Source: Octopus bimaculoides (Eukaryota). From it: DNA of 63,855 bases. A program made the position numbers and the translations under genes. Below the pieces are notes generated by a model, which saw only the letters and a list, made by a program, of their open reading frames with translations, searched no databases and was not told the DNA's origin. Of this stretch, positions 14,239 to 27,083 are shown in pieces (the stretch's first letter is position 1; each line of letters begins with the position of its first letter). The stretch spans positions 7,958,408-8,022,262 of the forward strand of contig NC_069004.1 in the NCBI RefSeq assembly GCF_001194135.2. The letters are read 5' to 3'.

Positions 14239-14319
14239 CTACCGATAATCCTGTTCAATTTCGCGATATTAACAACATAACCGGCTGTGTTATAAATAAA
14301 CGCTGCTGCCAGAAACACA
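14239..14319 (-). CDS. Candidate internal exon C (81 nt, phase 2-2): VFLAAAFIYNTAGYVVNIAKLNRIIG(R)
   Basis: Acceptor 'gctttttatttcag', donor 'AG|gtatcg' (alternative 'G|gtaggt' at 14243). Open frame with a hydrophobic segment. Confidence 0.4.
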
Positions 14320-14648
14320 CTGAAATAAAAAGCACAATGACAACAGAACAAGCTCTTTAGACCGAACGAGTTATAAAAAACGAGTTATGAGGAGAGCAGT
14401 GAAACATAGATTTAACGAATAAGCAAAGACAGAAATAGACCAAAAACAGTAAACGACACAGAAGCTATTTCTCACGTGCATTGCTGCTACTGTCACCATG
14501 GAAACCAAAACTTTCTCTGTTACGTCTTAATTCCCGAACCGCTGCTTTACGACGATGTAAACATTCCAATACCGCCTGTCCGTTTATATATATATATATA
14601 TATATATAAGTCAGTAAATAGTGGGGTTGTGTTAACCGCACGTGGAGA

Positions 14649-14685
<37 letters not shown>

Positions 14686-15179
14686 ANNNNNNNNNNNNNN
14701 NNNNNNNNNNNNNNNNNNNNNNNNNNNNNNNNNNNNNNNNNNNNNNNNNNNNNNNNNNNNNNNNNNNNNNNNNNNNNNNNNNNNNNNNNNNNNNNNNNNN
14801 NNNNNNNNNNNNNNNNNNNNNNNNNNNNNNNNNNNNNNNNNNNNNNNNNNNNNNNNNNNNNNNNNNNNNNNNNNNNNNNNNNNNNNNNNNNNNNNNNNNN
14901 NNNNNNNNNNNNNNNNNNNNNNNNNNNNNNNNNNNNNNNNNNNNNNNNNNNNNNNTATATGTTTATATATGTATATGTATGTATGTATAATTTAACAGAA
15001 TGAGATTAAAAAATCCAAGGCTGTGAATAGTTTTCAGAACATTTATAAAGAGAAGGTTGTTTCCGGGATATTTTATATCTCCCTTCATCAGAGACGGTGC
15101 GAGAAAATGTTTAAGTAATACTTATTATAGAGAAGATATGAAATGTATGTATGAATGTATGTATGTATACCCACAAAAC

Positions 15180-15342
15180 TGGCTTGCACACATTTTCCGT
15201 CTACCACAAGGCATTACACATCATGATGGTGGTGCCGGGGGCTATTTTACATGACACTTTACTAAGCTGCTGAGCAGTTGGTTTGAACCCGAAACTGCCC
15301 GGTCCCGAAGAAGGGTTTTTAAGCTCACAGCTATACCTATGC
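15180..15342 (-). mobile_element. Degenerate SINE family B head
   Basis: 'ggtttgaacccgaaactgcccggtcccgaagaagggtttttaagctcacagctatacctatgcc' is the reverse complement of a tRNA-like head with A/B-box-like spacing. Confidence 0.6.
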
Positions 15343-15618
15343 CCATAAAAACGAATATATATCTTTACATTTTGGCTGATATTTAATTACTAACATTGAG
15401 CAGAGTTGATATTGATGGTAGATTTTAATCGATAACTGATTGAGAAATGAAATACTTGCAGGATGCAATGACAAACTTAACTTCATAAGTACTAAAACTA
15501 GTTGCGAATTGTGTAAACATGTTAGAAAGAAAGACAGGTAGAGATAAGTATATGCATACATACGCAAATATATACATGCATAAAAATATACACGCAAACG
15601 TGCGTATATGTGTGTGTG

Positions 15619-15656
<38 letters not shown>

Positions 15657-15713
15657 CATGTGAGTGTCTGCGAGTGTATATACATATATACATCTGTGTA
15701 TATATGTATGCAA

Positions 15714-15760
<47 letters not shown>

Positions 15761-15950
15761 GAACGAAATTGCATACAGAGAGTGCAATCAATGCAATTCT
15801 TTTATGTTTATATAAGCACGTACAACGTACATGCATACATACATAAATACACAAATATCTGATGAAATAACCAGGTTTGAAGCAAGTTTCAATGTAGCAA
15901 AGTATATTTACTGATCAGTTAACTCCATACATATAGATAGATAGATACAC

Positions 15951-16010
<60 letters not shown>

Positions 16011-16113
16011 CTACTCGTATGCAAAATTTCTACTCGTATGCAAAAATTTAAGTTGTAAACAAACAGACCCACACACACACGAACACTCAGACTCACACAC
16101 ACCCACACACACT

Positions 16114-16145
<32 letters not shown>

Positions 16146-16253
16146 ACGCACACGTACGCACATGCGCAGACACACACATATGTATGTGTGTAGATACATG
16201 TGTCTTTGCTTCTATGTGTTTTTCTGGTTCTATTATTTTTTCGAATTTCTCAC

Positions 16254-16279
16254 CAGTGGGGCAACAGCCGGATTCTAGC
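16254..16279 (-). CDS. Candidate micro-exon B (26 nt): ARIRLLPH(C)
   Basis: Acceptor 'tcttgtttccag', donor 'TG|gtgaga'. Phase 0 to phase 2 links candidate exons A and C. A competing + strand exon reading overlaps it. Confidence 0.28.
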
Positions 16280-16409
16280 CTGGAAACAAGATTCTTTCAT
16301 TGGAATTTCGACATCAACAACAGGTTAGTCTTGCATGTGTATATACAAGTGTGTGTACGCGTACGCTTGTGTGGGTGTTATGTGTGTGTACGTTTGTGTA
16401 TGTATGCAT

Positions 16410-16447
<38 letters not shown>

Positions 16448-16463
16448 ACATATNNNNNNNNNN

Positions 16464-16512
<49 letters not shown>

Positions 16513-17198
16513 AACTTTATACATATATTATATATACATATATATGCGTGTGTGTATGCATGTATGCATTAGTGGTGTAGAATATGTGTAGGCCACCCGC
16601 TTCCTTGTATGCAACATATCCTAGACTGCAACGAATATAAGTATACTGAATTGCCGATCTTGTGCGTTCAGCATAACTTCTAACCGTCACGTTACGCCAC
16701 TGGCGTGTGCATATGTATGTATTTATGTATGTACGTATGTTTGTATATCTATGTTTGTAAATTATGCGCATTTGTATGCATATACATGCGTATATGCACA
16801 TACTCATGGGCGCAGATATCGATGTCATTACATATATAGATCATATAACGTGCTGAAATATTTTACATATTTTCTGATTAGGTGCGTTCTTTCTAAAGTT
16901 TCAATGCACAGCTTCTCAAGGTCGTTTGTTAGGCATATACGAACATAATGCACCAATAATGATTTGTATGAGGCGATTGGGCGCAGTTGTATGGACGCTG
17001 TCGATATGCTTCGGCTCATTGTATGTTCAGCCAGTCTTGGTGACAAAACGTTTCAGCAACCACACTCGCACACACGCATGCGTGCGCAGCGCTAGTATAA
17101 TAAACTCTATCAATCAGATAGCCTTAACGTACACGCGCCGTGCAATAAGCGTCTGGTGTTAATTCACGTGAGAGTCATGGACTGGCGAGATAACTTAC

Positions 17199-17234
17199 CT
17201 CTAACCCATCTAGGAGGATAACATTGCATGCCAT
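17199..17234 (-). CDS. Candidate first coding exon A: MACNVILLDGLE (full exon 17199-17265)
   Basis: ATG in an AAAC-ATG-G context, donor GAG|GTAAGT, upstream acceptor 'gcatgattcag'. All frames upstream of the ATG are closed. Confidence 0.33.
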
Positions 17235-17714
17235 GTTTATATAATCACATCATCTCAAATCGCAACTGAATCATGCAGAATACGAACGGCGGTTTGTTTC
17301 CGGGAATATGAGAATACATGACCATATGAAAGTAAATATTCCGGTATAGTTGCATAACCACATGAAATTTCACTACGTGTGTGCTCATACAGTGATAAAA
17401 AACTCAACAATGCGTACAATTTCAAAAATATTTATTTCAACAATTATTAACTGCACCGACAAGTAAAACCACTTTAGCACAAATCACTAATACATATTTC
17501 CCATTGTTAAAATATGTCAATCAAAACCATGCTTTCTCTTTACTACTCTCTAGTATACAGATGTTTGTACAATTATAGTTTCATTAGGGGAGAACCATTC
17601 ATCTGTATTTTGTATAGATATTTTATTTTCTATGAAAAACTTTTTATTTGTAAAAATCCTTCTATAAAACTCTTAATACAGAGTCACAGGTGAGGCTGCT
17701 TTGAGTTCAGTCCT

Positions 17715-17940
17715 TCTGTGTGGTACTTATTTTACCGAATCTGAAAGGATGAAAGGCAAAATCGACTCCGGCGGAAATTGAACTCAGAACGTAGTAAAGA
17801 CGGAGGAAATGTCGCTAAGCAACTTGCCCGGGGTGCTAACGATTCTGCTAGCTCGCCGCCTTAATAATAGTAAATATAATACTAATCCTTTCTACTATGG
17901 GCACAAGGCCTGAAACTTTGAGGGAGGAGACTAGTCGTTT
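17715..17940 (-). mobile_element. SINE family A copy plus the tail of a second copy
   Basis: 'aaaggatgaaaggcaaaatcgactccggcggaaattgaactcagaacg...gctagctcgccgcct'. Confidence 0.88.
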
Positions 17941-17944
17941 GCAT

Positions 17945-18110
17945 ACGCGAAACAATGCGGCCTTTTGCTCTCAGTCATGATGTGTATCACTGCCCCGTCC
18001 TGGAGACAGATGTGGTCCGGGATTTCATTTTTTCACGTCTGATCTGGAGAAGTTTCTCCAGGTCAACCCCGGACCAGTCCTCCCTGGCAGGTCTTGGCAC
18101 CTCTATCGTG
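17945..18110 (-). mobile_element. Possible LINE ORF1 remnant (Tx1/L1-like)
   Basis: With one frameshift: TIEVPRPAREDWSGVDLEKLLQIRREK / NEIPDHICLQDGAVIHIMTESKRPHCFAYA. It resembles the IP..I...G..I.V..EGRRP.C lead-in to an ORF1 zinc knuckle, recalled from memory. Confidence 0.35.
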
Positions 18111-18127
18111 AGTTGTTGTTGTTGCTA

Positions 18128-18160
<33 letters not shown>

Positions 18161-18546
18161 TCACCTTTGCGGCTGCTTTTGTCACTGCTACCGCTGTTGC
18201 TGTTACTGTTACTACTGCCATTACTACAATGTGTACTTTGTAGGGTAACACTTTCGTTTTTCTCCTCCCGTTCACTTGTATTGTTGCCAGTAACGGAGGG
18301 TGGGCAAGGGAAATCTTCAGCAGTCACCAGTTTCGTGGGAGGGGTTGTTTTGTTTATTTTCAACTCTTTCAAGTCGAGCTCTGCCATTTTTTCGAGTTGC
18401 ATTTGTTTAAATTAAATTAAACGCCCTCCGAACTTATTTGGTGGGCCAAAATAGAGCCCTTAGAGAAGATAAACAACCATAGAAAACTAGTCAAAACTGC
18501 ACCAACCTGGAGCGTTTGAAAACACGTCTTATGTATTCCGCAGGGA

Positions 18547-18602
<56 letters not shown>

Positions 18603-18718
18603 NNNNNNNNNNNNNNNNNNNNNNNNNNNNNNNNNNNNNNNNNNNNNNNNNNNNNNNNNNNNNNNNNNNNNNNNNNNNNNNNNNNNNNNNNNNNNNNNNN
18701 NNNNNNNNNNNNNNNNNN

Positions 18719-18780
18719 NGTGGCGGACGAAATACCGCTAAGCATTTCGACCGGCGTGCTGAAGATTCTGCTAGCTCGTG
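18719..18780 (-). mobile_element. SINE family A head fragment at a gap edge
   Basis: 'gacgaaataccgctaagcatttcgaccggcgtgctgaagattctgctagctcg'. Confidence 0.85.
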
Positions 18781-18811
18781 GCTTTGATAATAATAACTAA
18801 TATAGTTTGTT

Positions 18812-18866
<55 letters not shown>

Positions 18867-19287
18867 AAGTAAAACATTAACTATGCAATAGACATATGAA
18901 GATTAATAGTTATCATTTTGCTCCATTTATCTACCATTTATTTTTTTAAAATTTGGTTTCGTTAATCTGTAACTGTCTAAATAGAGCGAAAACTAGTTTA
19001 TTTTACCTTAGCTATTGTTAATATATGAAATAAATCGATAGTAATTTGCACATGAAATAATATGATGTATTTTAAACATGGGAAAAACGTTTTAAGAAAT
19101 TTAATCTCTCGTTTTTCACATCCATTTACGTTGATGAATGCATTGAATTCGAAACAATAGCCATGTAATTCATAAGATGAGAGTCTACTTAGGTAAAAAT
19201 CTAGCATACTGTTGAACTCATTTAAATGTATGTGTGTTTTATGCAAAATGTTTTGTACTGTCTACCCAACTTTCTCTCTCTCTCTCG

Positions 19288-19337
<50 letters not shown>

Positions 19338-19662
19338 ATGTGTGTGTGTGCGTGTATAGTTTACTATTCTGTTAAAGGAAGATCAAGAAAGACGTACTCC
19401 ATCCAGTGAAAAATTAATAGTGTACATTAAATAGTATATATATACACATATATATGCACCCATATATATATGTATGNNNNNNNNNNNNNNNNNNNNNNNN
19501 NNNNNNNNNNNNNNNNNNNNNNNNNNNNNNNNNNNNNNNNNNNNNNNNNNNNNNNNNNNNNNNNNNNNNNNNNNNNNNNNNNNNNNNNNNNNNNNNNNNN
19601 NNNNNNNNNNNNNNNNNNNNNNNNNNNNNNNNNNNNNNNNNNNNNNNNNNNNNNNNNNNNNN

Positions 19663-19696
<34 letters not shown>

Positions 19697-21752
19697 AAGA
19701 AAGATATATATGTGTGTGTGCCTGTGTGTTTGTATTTATGTAGGTGCATGAGTGCATATAAGATTATGGGTGCATACATCTTTATATTTATAGACACGTC
19801 TTCAAATATATGTGTATAAATGTATGTGCATACGAATATACTTATTTTTGTGTGTGTACGTGTATGCAATTGGTTGATACATATAGGTGCATATAGGTCA
19901 GTACGTTTTATATATACACTATCTCCGTCTTTGCTTTGGTGTTCGCATCCTAGATACTTCATCCTCACTACTCTTAGTACTGCTTTTGTTTCTTTTTATT
20001 GTATAACCCCAGGACGTCGGTCCTGATCAAACAATCCTCCTAATTAAAGGTATTTCGCTTGGGTCCATTCTGCCTCGTGATTTCAGATAATGTGTAAGCG
20101 TGAACACAGTTTACAATGCATATTCATTCATTAGAGGCGGCAGATTGTGCCTGGAAGGATATTTGGCTGCTATATTTAGTATAGTAATTCGAGGTACTTA
20201 CATAAGGTACCTTCCACCTTCTGCTCCACCTAATTGAATGCACTGGATAACAATCTTTTTTCCTCTTTCATTCGCTCTCCCTCTCACTTTTCCCTCTTTC
20301 ATCTCTTCTCTATTTCCGTCTCTCTCCGCCTAACTTCCCTCTCTCCCTCTCTCATTCTCTTCTCTCCTCTCTCTTTCCCTGTCTCTACCTCTCTCTTTCC
20401 ATCTCCCCCCTCCCTTTCTCCCTCTCTTTCCCCTCTCTTTTCCCCGCTTACCTTCTCTTTCCCTTTCTCTCTCTCTCTCTCTCTTACTGTATCTATTTCT
20501 GCATCTGTGTGTGTGTTGCGCCCTTGTCTCCAATATCTAACCGTACTTTCACCACATCAGGTTCTATTTCCCATCAGCCGTGCCAAATCGTCAATACCGA
20601 AACAGCCCCAACCAATCGTTTCGTTCAGAATAGCATTGTAGCAAAGAAATTTTTTCTTGATATCAAGTATTCTGACGGAAAACGTACATGAAAATTTAAA
20701 GGTTATTCATGCGCTCGTCTTTCCTCTATGACCGTAACACATACCAACTGAAGAAAGTCGTAATCACAAAGGACCCCCACAGCAATAACTGCTTTGCAAG
20801 TGTAGTATCAAACACCACGAATTTGTGACGGAACATCAAGGTGAAACTAATAACACCTTAAAATTAAAAGCTTGATGCATATCGAAAAGCTGTATTGAGT
20901 AACGATTTGACATAGCGGTATTCATAAGCGGATTTACCCTTCGGGGTCATCAATGTCTCAATATACAACACCAGAATACGTCATAATAAAATAAAAGGGT
21001 ATAACATATCCCACAAAGTTGTAGTAGTGAAATGGAAGGTGAGACCACCTGCGCTCCGAAACTAAAGATTAGAGACATCATAAACGTGTGTCCCCATGGA
21101 AAGGAAATGAAGTCACCAAATATTTTGAAACAGATTAAAAGTAAGACACACAGAGAGGAGGGGTCAGATGCTGAACGATAAGACAACCGGAAGCAGCTGT
21201 GCGTCTGCTAGGCTTTGATATACATATCAATAAGCCGATTGTAGAGATAAACAAAATTAATAAAAAGAATTTAAACCTACGCCCAAAGAAAAGCTTATGT
21301 TTAGAATTAAAGATCAATAATTATATGGCAAATGCATTTCTGAAAAGAAATGAAATTTGCAGACGTTATGCTTTTAATGCACACAATCCACTAAATATTG
21401 GTTTTTATGTGTTTAATCAAATATGTTTAGTCTAGATGGGAAAGAAGATAAAAGGGACAAATCACATGGTGTGTGGTAGTTGATAAAATAGACTGAAACT
21501 AATATCTTCAATCTAATTAAAACTCGCCAGGTATCACTTATTTTTATCTTATAAACTGCAGAACTAAAGAAGCGAAGAACTACTTATGAAAATTGTAAAC
21601 AAACGGGCTTGAGGAAGGAACCCCGTGTAGTAAAGTGGATACTACTACGAGCACCACTGGCTGACTTTTGAAGTAATATTTCTACTATATGTATATGTAT
21701 GTACTTTATATATTTGTGTGTGTGTGTGTGTGTACGCGCATATATATATATA

Positions 21753-21990
21753 TATCGGGTTGGGGCATAATTATTGCGGCGTTTTTACAACAAATTTTAT
21801 TCAACAAAAACAATAACAATATTTAACAAAAACATCTTTGAATGTCGGTCTGACAAATGGGAAGCAGTAATTGAAGTAGATGGTGAATATGGTCTGCAAT
21901 AATGATTAAAGATGTTTTTGTTACACATTCTTTGTTTTGTCCTATACTGTCCATAATGTTTTTCGTAATGTAAACACTTGTTGTCAATAA
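21753..21990 (+). mobile_element. Internally deleted mariner derivative (terminal repeat fused to the transposase C-terminus)
   Basis: TA then 'tcgggttggggcataattattgcggc' (TIR-like), followed within 100 bp by DKWEAVIEVDGEY, the typical mariner C-terminal W..V...DG.Y motif. Confidence 0.65.
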
Positions 21991-22001
21991 AGAAACCATT
22001 A

Positions 22002-22002
<1 letters not shown>

Positions 22003-22063
<61 letters not shown>

Positions 22064-22150
22064 GCGTGAGAGGGCAGTGCATGCCATCAAAGTGACACTG
22101 GGGTACAAATATACGAAGCCTAGAATACTGATCATGACTACCCGTCTGAT
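22003..22150 (-). mobile_element. LINE 3' terminus with an (AAT)n tail, probably R4/Dong-type
   Basis: Minus strand reads 'atcagacgggtagtcatgatc...cactttgatggcatgcactgccctctcacgc' running straight into about 20 AAT units. The clade link is inferred from the tail type. Confidence 0.55.
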
Positions 22151-22850
22151 TATCATCATCATTATTATTAGTATTATTATTATTAGTACACTTGTTTCCA
22201 GTGCCCAATGTCACCGCTCCTGTCATTCAGGCCGTTTAAAACATTTTCCTATCTAGCCAAAACTATTATTAACGGCTCTGTCACACTTTTTTTCTTAACA
22301 ATTTCTTTTGCTATTTCTCATCTTGCCTTTGTTGTCGGAATCATTAATGTTATTTGAACAAAACTCTTTCCAATATAAAGAAAACATTTACCGATTCTTT
22401 CCTGTATCTCCCAAAGCAGATTCTCACAGCCATTATTTTCAGAATCATTTTTCTGACAGTTCTTTAGTCTCTTTTTTCCATTATTACCACAGCATCATAA
22501 GACTTTCTCCTTTGAAGGGGTCAGAATGAAAAATGCAAATCTTAGCCTCCGCCTCAGTTTGTCATTTTCCATCATTTCTGTTCCAAGGTAGAATCTGTCA
22601 ACCATTATTTCACGAAACATTTCTCTTTTACGGATTTTGAAAATAATGACTCCTGTAGGCATGCCAATAGGGAATAACGACATAATTCCTCATTCTTCAA
22701 ACGTGGAAAATATTGAAGTACGTGTTTACTACAAGCCTATACATGCACACAAACATACACACAAACTAAACGCACTCACACATACAAACACACACACACA
22801 CATATATATACGCATGCAGATGTGTATATCTGAGTAACAACACACACACT

Positions 22851-22894
<44 letters not shown>

Positions 22895-24729
22895 ACAGCT
22901 GTATAGAGATGGTATATACTTGTAAAAGATATACGTGTTTGGGCGTATGTGTATTTATAATATATATATANNNNNNNNNNNNNNNNNNNNNNNNNNNNNN
23001 NNNNNNNNNNNNNNNNNNNNNNNNNNNNNNNNNNNNNNNNNNNNNNNNNNNNNNNNNNNNNNNNNNNNNNNNNNNNNNNNNNNNNNNNNNNNNNNNNNNN
23101 NNNNNNNNNNNNNNNNNNNNNNNNNNNNNNNNNNNNNNNNNNNNNNNNNNNNNNNNNNNNNNNNNNNNNNNNNNNNNNNNNNNNNNNNNNNNNNNNNNNN
23201 NNNNNNNNNNNNNNNNNNNNNNNNNNNNNNNNNNNNNNNNNNNNNNNNNNNNNNNNNNNNNNNNNNNNNNNNNNNNNNNNNNNNNNNNNNNNNNNNNNNN
23301 NNNNNNNNNNNNNNNNNNNNNNNNNNNNNNNNNNNNNNNNNNNNNNNNNNNNNNNNNNNNNNNNNNNNNNNNNNNNNNNNNNNNNNNNNNNNNNNNNNNN
23401 NNNNNNNNNNNNNNNNNNNNNNNNNNNNNNNNNNNNNNNNNNNNNNNNNNNNNNNNNNNNNNNNNNNNNNNNNNNNNNNNNNNNNNNNNNNNNNNNNNNN
23501 NNNNNNNNNNNNNNNNNNNNNNNNNNNNNNNNNNNNNNNNNNNNNNNNNNNNNNNNNNNNNNNNNNNNNNNNNNNNNNNATATATATATATATATTTGTC
23601 GTTGCTTACTGGTTGAGATCCTACTTCTGCAGCAGCCACTACTTTCCCTGCAAGACAGGAAGCTACTAATTGTAGTTTTCACAAGCCTTGTTGTGGAAAA
23701 AAGCATTCCTCAACCTTATTAAACGCCCTGGTACTTCTAGGACAGAGGGCGAAGGGACACGGTTTCTTTTCACTTTGGTTGTTCCCAGAGTTCCAGCTTC
23801 TGGAGTTCCAGAGGCAGACATAGCAGCAGTAATGACCTTCACCTTTGGCACTTCCTGTCATTGTCATCGCTGCTACATCTGCTGGTGTCTCACCCTCCAT
23901 TTTGTGTTTCTCTTTCCCTCTCATCTCCTGGACAGAATGATTTAAAGTGGCCGTTAATTCTCTCCTGTTCACTGTTTGATTGACCTCCAGTCGGCTCACT
24001 CAATAGGGTCCTCAAGAATTATTCGAAACTGAAAACCCATCAGACCCCACCCTACTGCTTATTATTGCTGGTCATCACAACACTCACTGCACACATGTTC
24101 TATTGTGAACAAGTTATCACAAACTAGAAATCGACGCTCATACCATTACCTCTAACTACAATCCAAGTTTTTCCTGACACCAATATACAACGGAACTAAT
24201 GAACTAAACTGGAACAACCTAGTTGAGTACCAGCTTCACTTGTATCGGTACTTCATCCTCGATCTTAAAACCCAGTCACATAATTCAATCTGCAGCACTG
24301 TGATCTATAGAACACTCACTCTGTCACACGTCGCCTTGGGTTTCCTCAAGTCCTAGTTTGAATTCACTTAGAAGATATCTTCTTTTATTGTAAAACAGAC
24401 ATACTAGCTTCCATCTTGTCTTTCCATCTTGTCTTTCCATCAATAAAGTAATCGCCCACGCTTTACTGTCCATTGAGGTGCTTGTTTAGATATATAACCT
24501 TTGGTATCTTCATTGTCATTTACACTGTTTTCGTTTTTACATTCGAAACAATCTTTTGAATTCTGTTGCTTCGTGTATTTTCATACAAAGTTTACTTCTA
24601 AACTTTTAAGCTTAGAGCTATGTCTGTATGTTGACATGTTGCATAGATATCTCTAGCTGGTATTTTGCATCTATTTAAAAGTACAAACATATTTAATCCT
24701 TCTATTTGGGCTGCAAGGCGTTTTATGTA

Positions 24730-25058
24730 TACGTGGTCAGATCAATGAGTATCCGGATTGTTGCCATAGTAACGAAGCAGAGTAAAGCCGCCTGGCACAG
24801 ATTGATCTTAAACTCTGCTGTGCATACGGAATAAGATTTCACGTTCTAGGTCACTTCCGCTGTTTACAGCAGTGCTTGGAAGGAAAATTGTTGTGTGTGA
24901 TCGTCAAATTGACCATGACAGAAAACGTTGTCATGGTGATGCCTGCTCAGAGACCTACGCAAAGTTGCAGAAAGAGTGTGGAGAGGAGTGTATGAGCCGC
25001 ACACAAATGTACGAATGGTTCAGACGTTTCCAAGATGGCTGAAAAATCTCGATATTGA
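24730..25058 (+). mobile_element. Mariner 5' end: TIR, leader and HTH-coding fragment
   Basis: TA then 'cgtggtcagatcaatgagtatccggattg', followed by ETYAKLQKECGEECMSRTQMYEWFRRFQDG*, the mariner N-terminal HTH. Confidence 0.88.
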
Positions 25059-26012
25059 CCAATTTGGCTTAGTCCAAATACTTGCAAGTAAATGTAGTCT
25101 ACTTAAGGCATACAAAGATAAGGAGGGGCCTTTAACGGGATGACGGACTACATTTACCATCAAGCAATAACATTAAGAATCTCAACTATGAGCTTTCACA
25201 CAGTTTCCATATACCTAAGGCGATGATATTAAACACTCGCCACGAGTTCCAATCAGTGAAATTAAACATAAAAGCGAAATAGTTACAAAACGACCATCTT
25301 CACCACCTGACCATACTTCTCTTACCAGAACCATGAATAGTTTAACTGTTCATCGATTCTTCACTGAAATACGGCAACACGTCAAAGCTTGATGCTCATA
25401 CCAAACATATTTATGTTTCTTTAGCGAATGATCAGATAGTGCCGTCACGTTTTGTGATTGCTAAAACCGAAGATATTTGATGAGACTTGTAGTGTTTTTT
25501 TTCAATTTTATTAGAAAAATGTGCGAAAGACCCACATTCCGACATAAAAATTCTCATGTAATTATATCTAAACATTTTTTTCTTTTCCTTGTTCGCTTTC
25601 TTTTCTATTATCATTTCTTTGGTTATATGGTGTTACATTTTTTTTTGTTGTCTTTGTTTTTTAGGTAAAATTGAAATTTTCTTATTCTTCGAAGAACAGA
25701 TGAGTTTGGCGCCGAAATAGTTTATTCGGTCTAATGTAAATACGTGTAGGTATAATACACTTGACAGAAATAACGTATAGAGAATGTGATTATATTACCT
25801 GACACTATAATAACAATATAAGATGCATCTGTTCACCAAATACATATAAAGAATATATACGACGAAGGCAAGCAAATAGAAACTTTGGAGTCACTGTTAA
25901 GATTTTTCTTGTAAAAATTAAACGAACATATACTCTACACAAATATATTTCACACACACACTCACACAAACACACACACACGTATATATATATACATATA
26001 TGTGTGTATATA

Positions 26013-26053
<41 letters not shown>

Positions 26054-26819
26054 TATATATAATATTCTATATTATATATATATATATATATGTATACATA
26101 TATGTATATATCATTATATATCTATATATATATATNNNNNNNNNNNNNNNNNNNNNNNNNNNNNNNNNNNNNNNNNNNNNNNNNNNNNNNNNNNNNNNNN
26201 NNNNNNNNNNNNNNNNNNNNNNNNNNNNNNNNNNNNNNNNNNNNNNNNNNNNNNNNNNNNNNNNNNNNNNNNNNNNNNNNNNNNNNNNNNNNNNNNNNNN
26301 NNNNNNNNNNNNNNNNNNNNNNNNNNNNNNNNNNNNNNNNNNNNNNNNNNNNNNNNNNNNNNNNNNNNNNNNNNNNNNNNNNNNNNNNNNNNNNNNNNNN
26401 NNNNNNNNNNNNNNNNNNNNNNNNNNNNNNNNNNNNNNNNNNNNNNNNNNNNNNNNNNNNNNNNNNNNNNNNNNNNNNNNNNNNNNNNNNNNNNNNNNNN
26501 NNNNNNNNNNNNNNNNNNNNNNNNNNNNNNNNNNNNNNNNNNNNNNNNNNNNNNNNNNNNNNTAGGGTTAAATATTATCTAAGCAAACCTATTGATATTT
26601 CTACAGAATATATATTTTATATGAAATTAACGTACAACGAGTTTATACATAGAAAAAAATAATTTGAAAAAATATTATTTGATCAGAAATCAGAAAATAT
26701 AAATTGACAATTTTCATCCAATCAGATTTGTTTCATTTTATTTATTTATTTATTTATTTTAATATTTTGTATGAGAAATGTTTTGGCAGTTTTATCAAGA
26801 TTACACGAATTCTTTACTC

Positions 26820-27033
26820 TTTTGCTCTTTTGCTTGTTTCAGTCATTTGACTGTGGCCATGCTGAAGCACCGCCTTTAGTCGAGAAATCCACCCCAGGTC
26901 TTATTCTTTGTAAGCCTAGTACTTATTCTTTCGATATCTTTTGCCGAACCGCTAGGTTGCTGGAATGTAAACACACCAACATCAGTTGTCAAGCGATGGT
27001 GTGGGGGGACAAACACAGACACAAAGGCACCAA

Positions 27034-27083
<50 letters not shown>

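Noticed and set aside
20013-20049. + strand exon-like segment DVGPDQTILLIK with good splice sites
   Set aside because: It resembles a common interspersed repeat motif (cctgatc..gcagac..tgatcaaagg) and has no supported partner exons.
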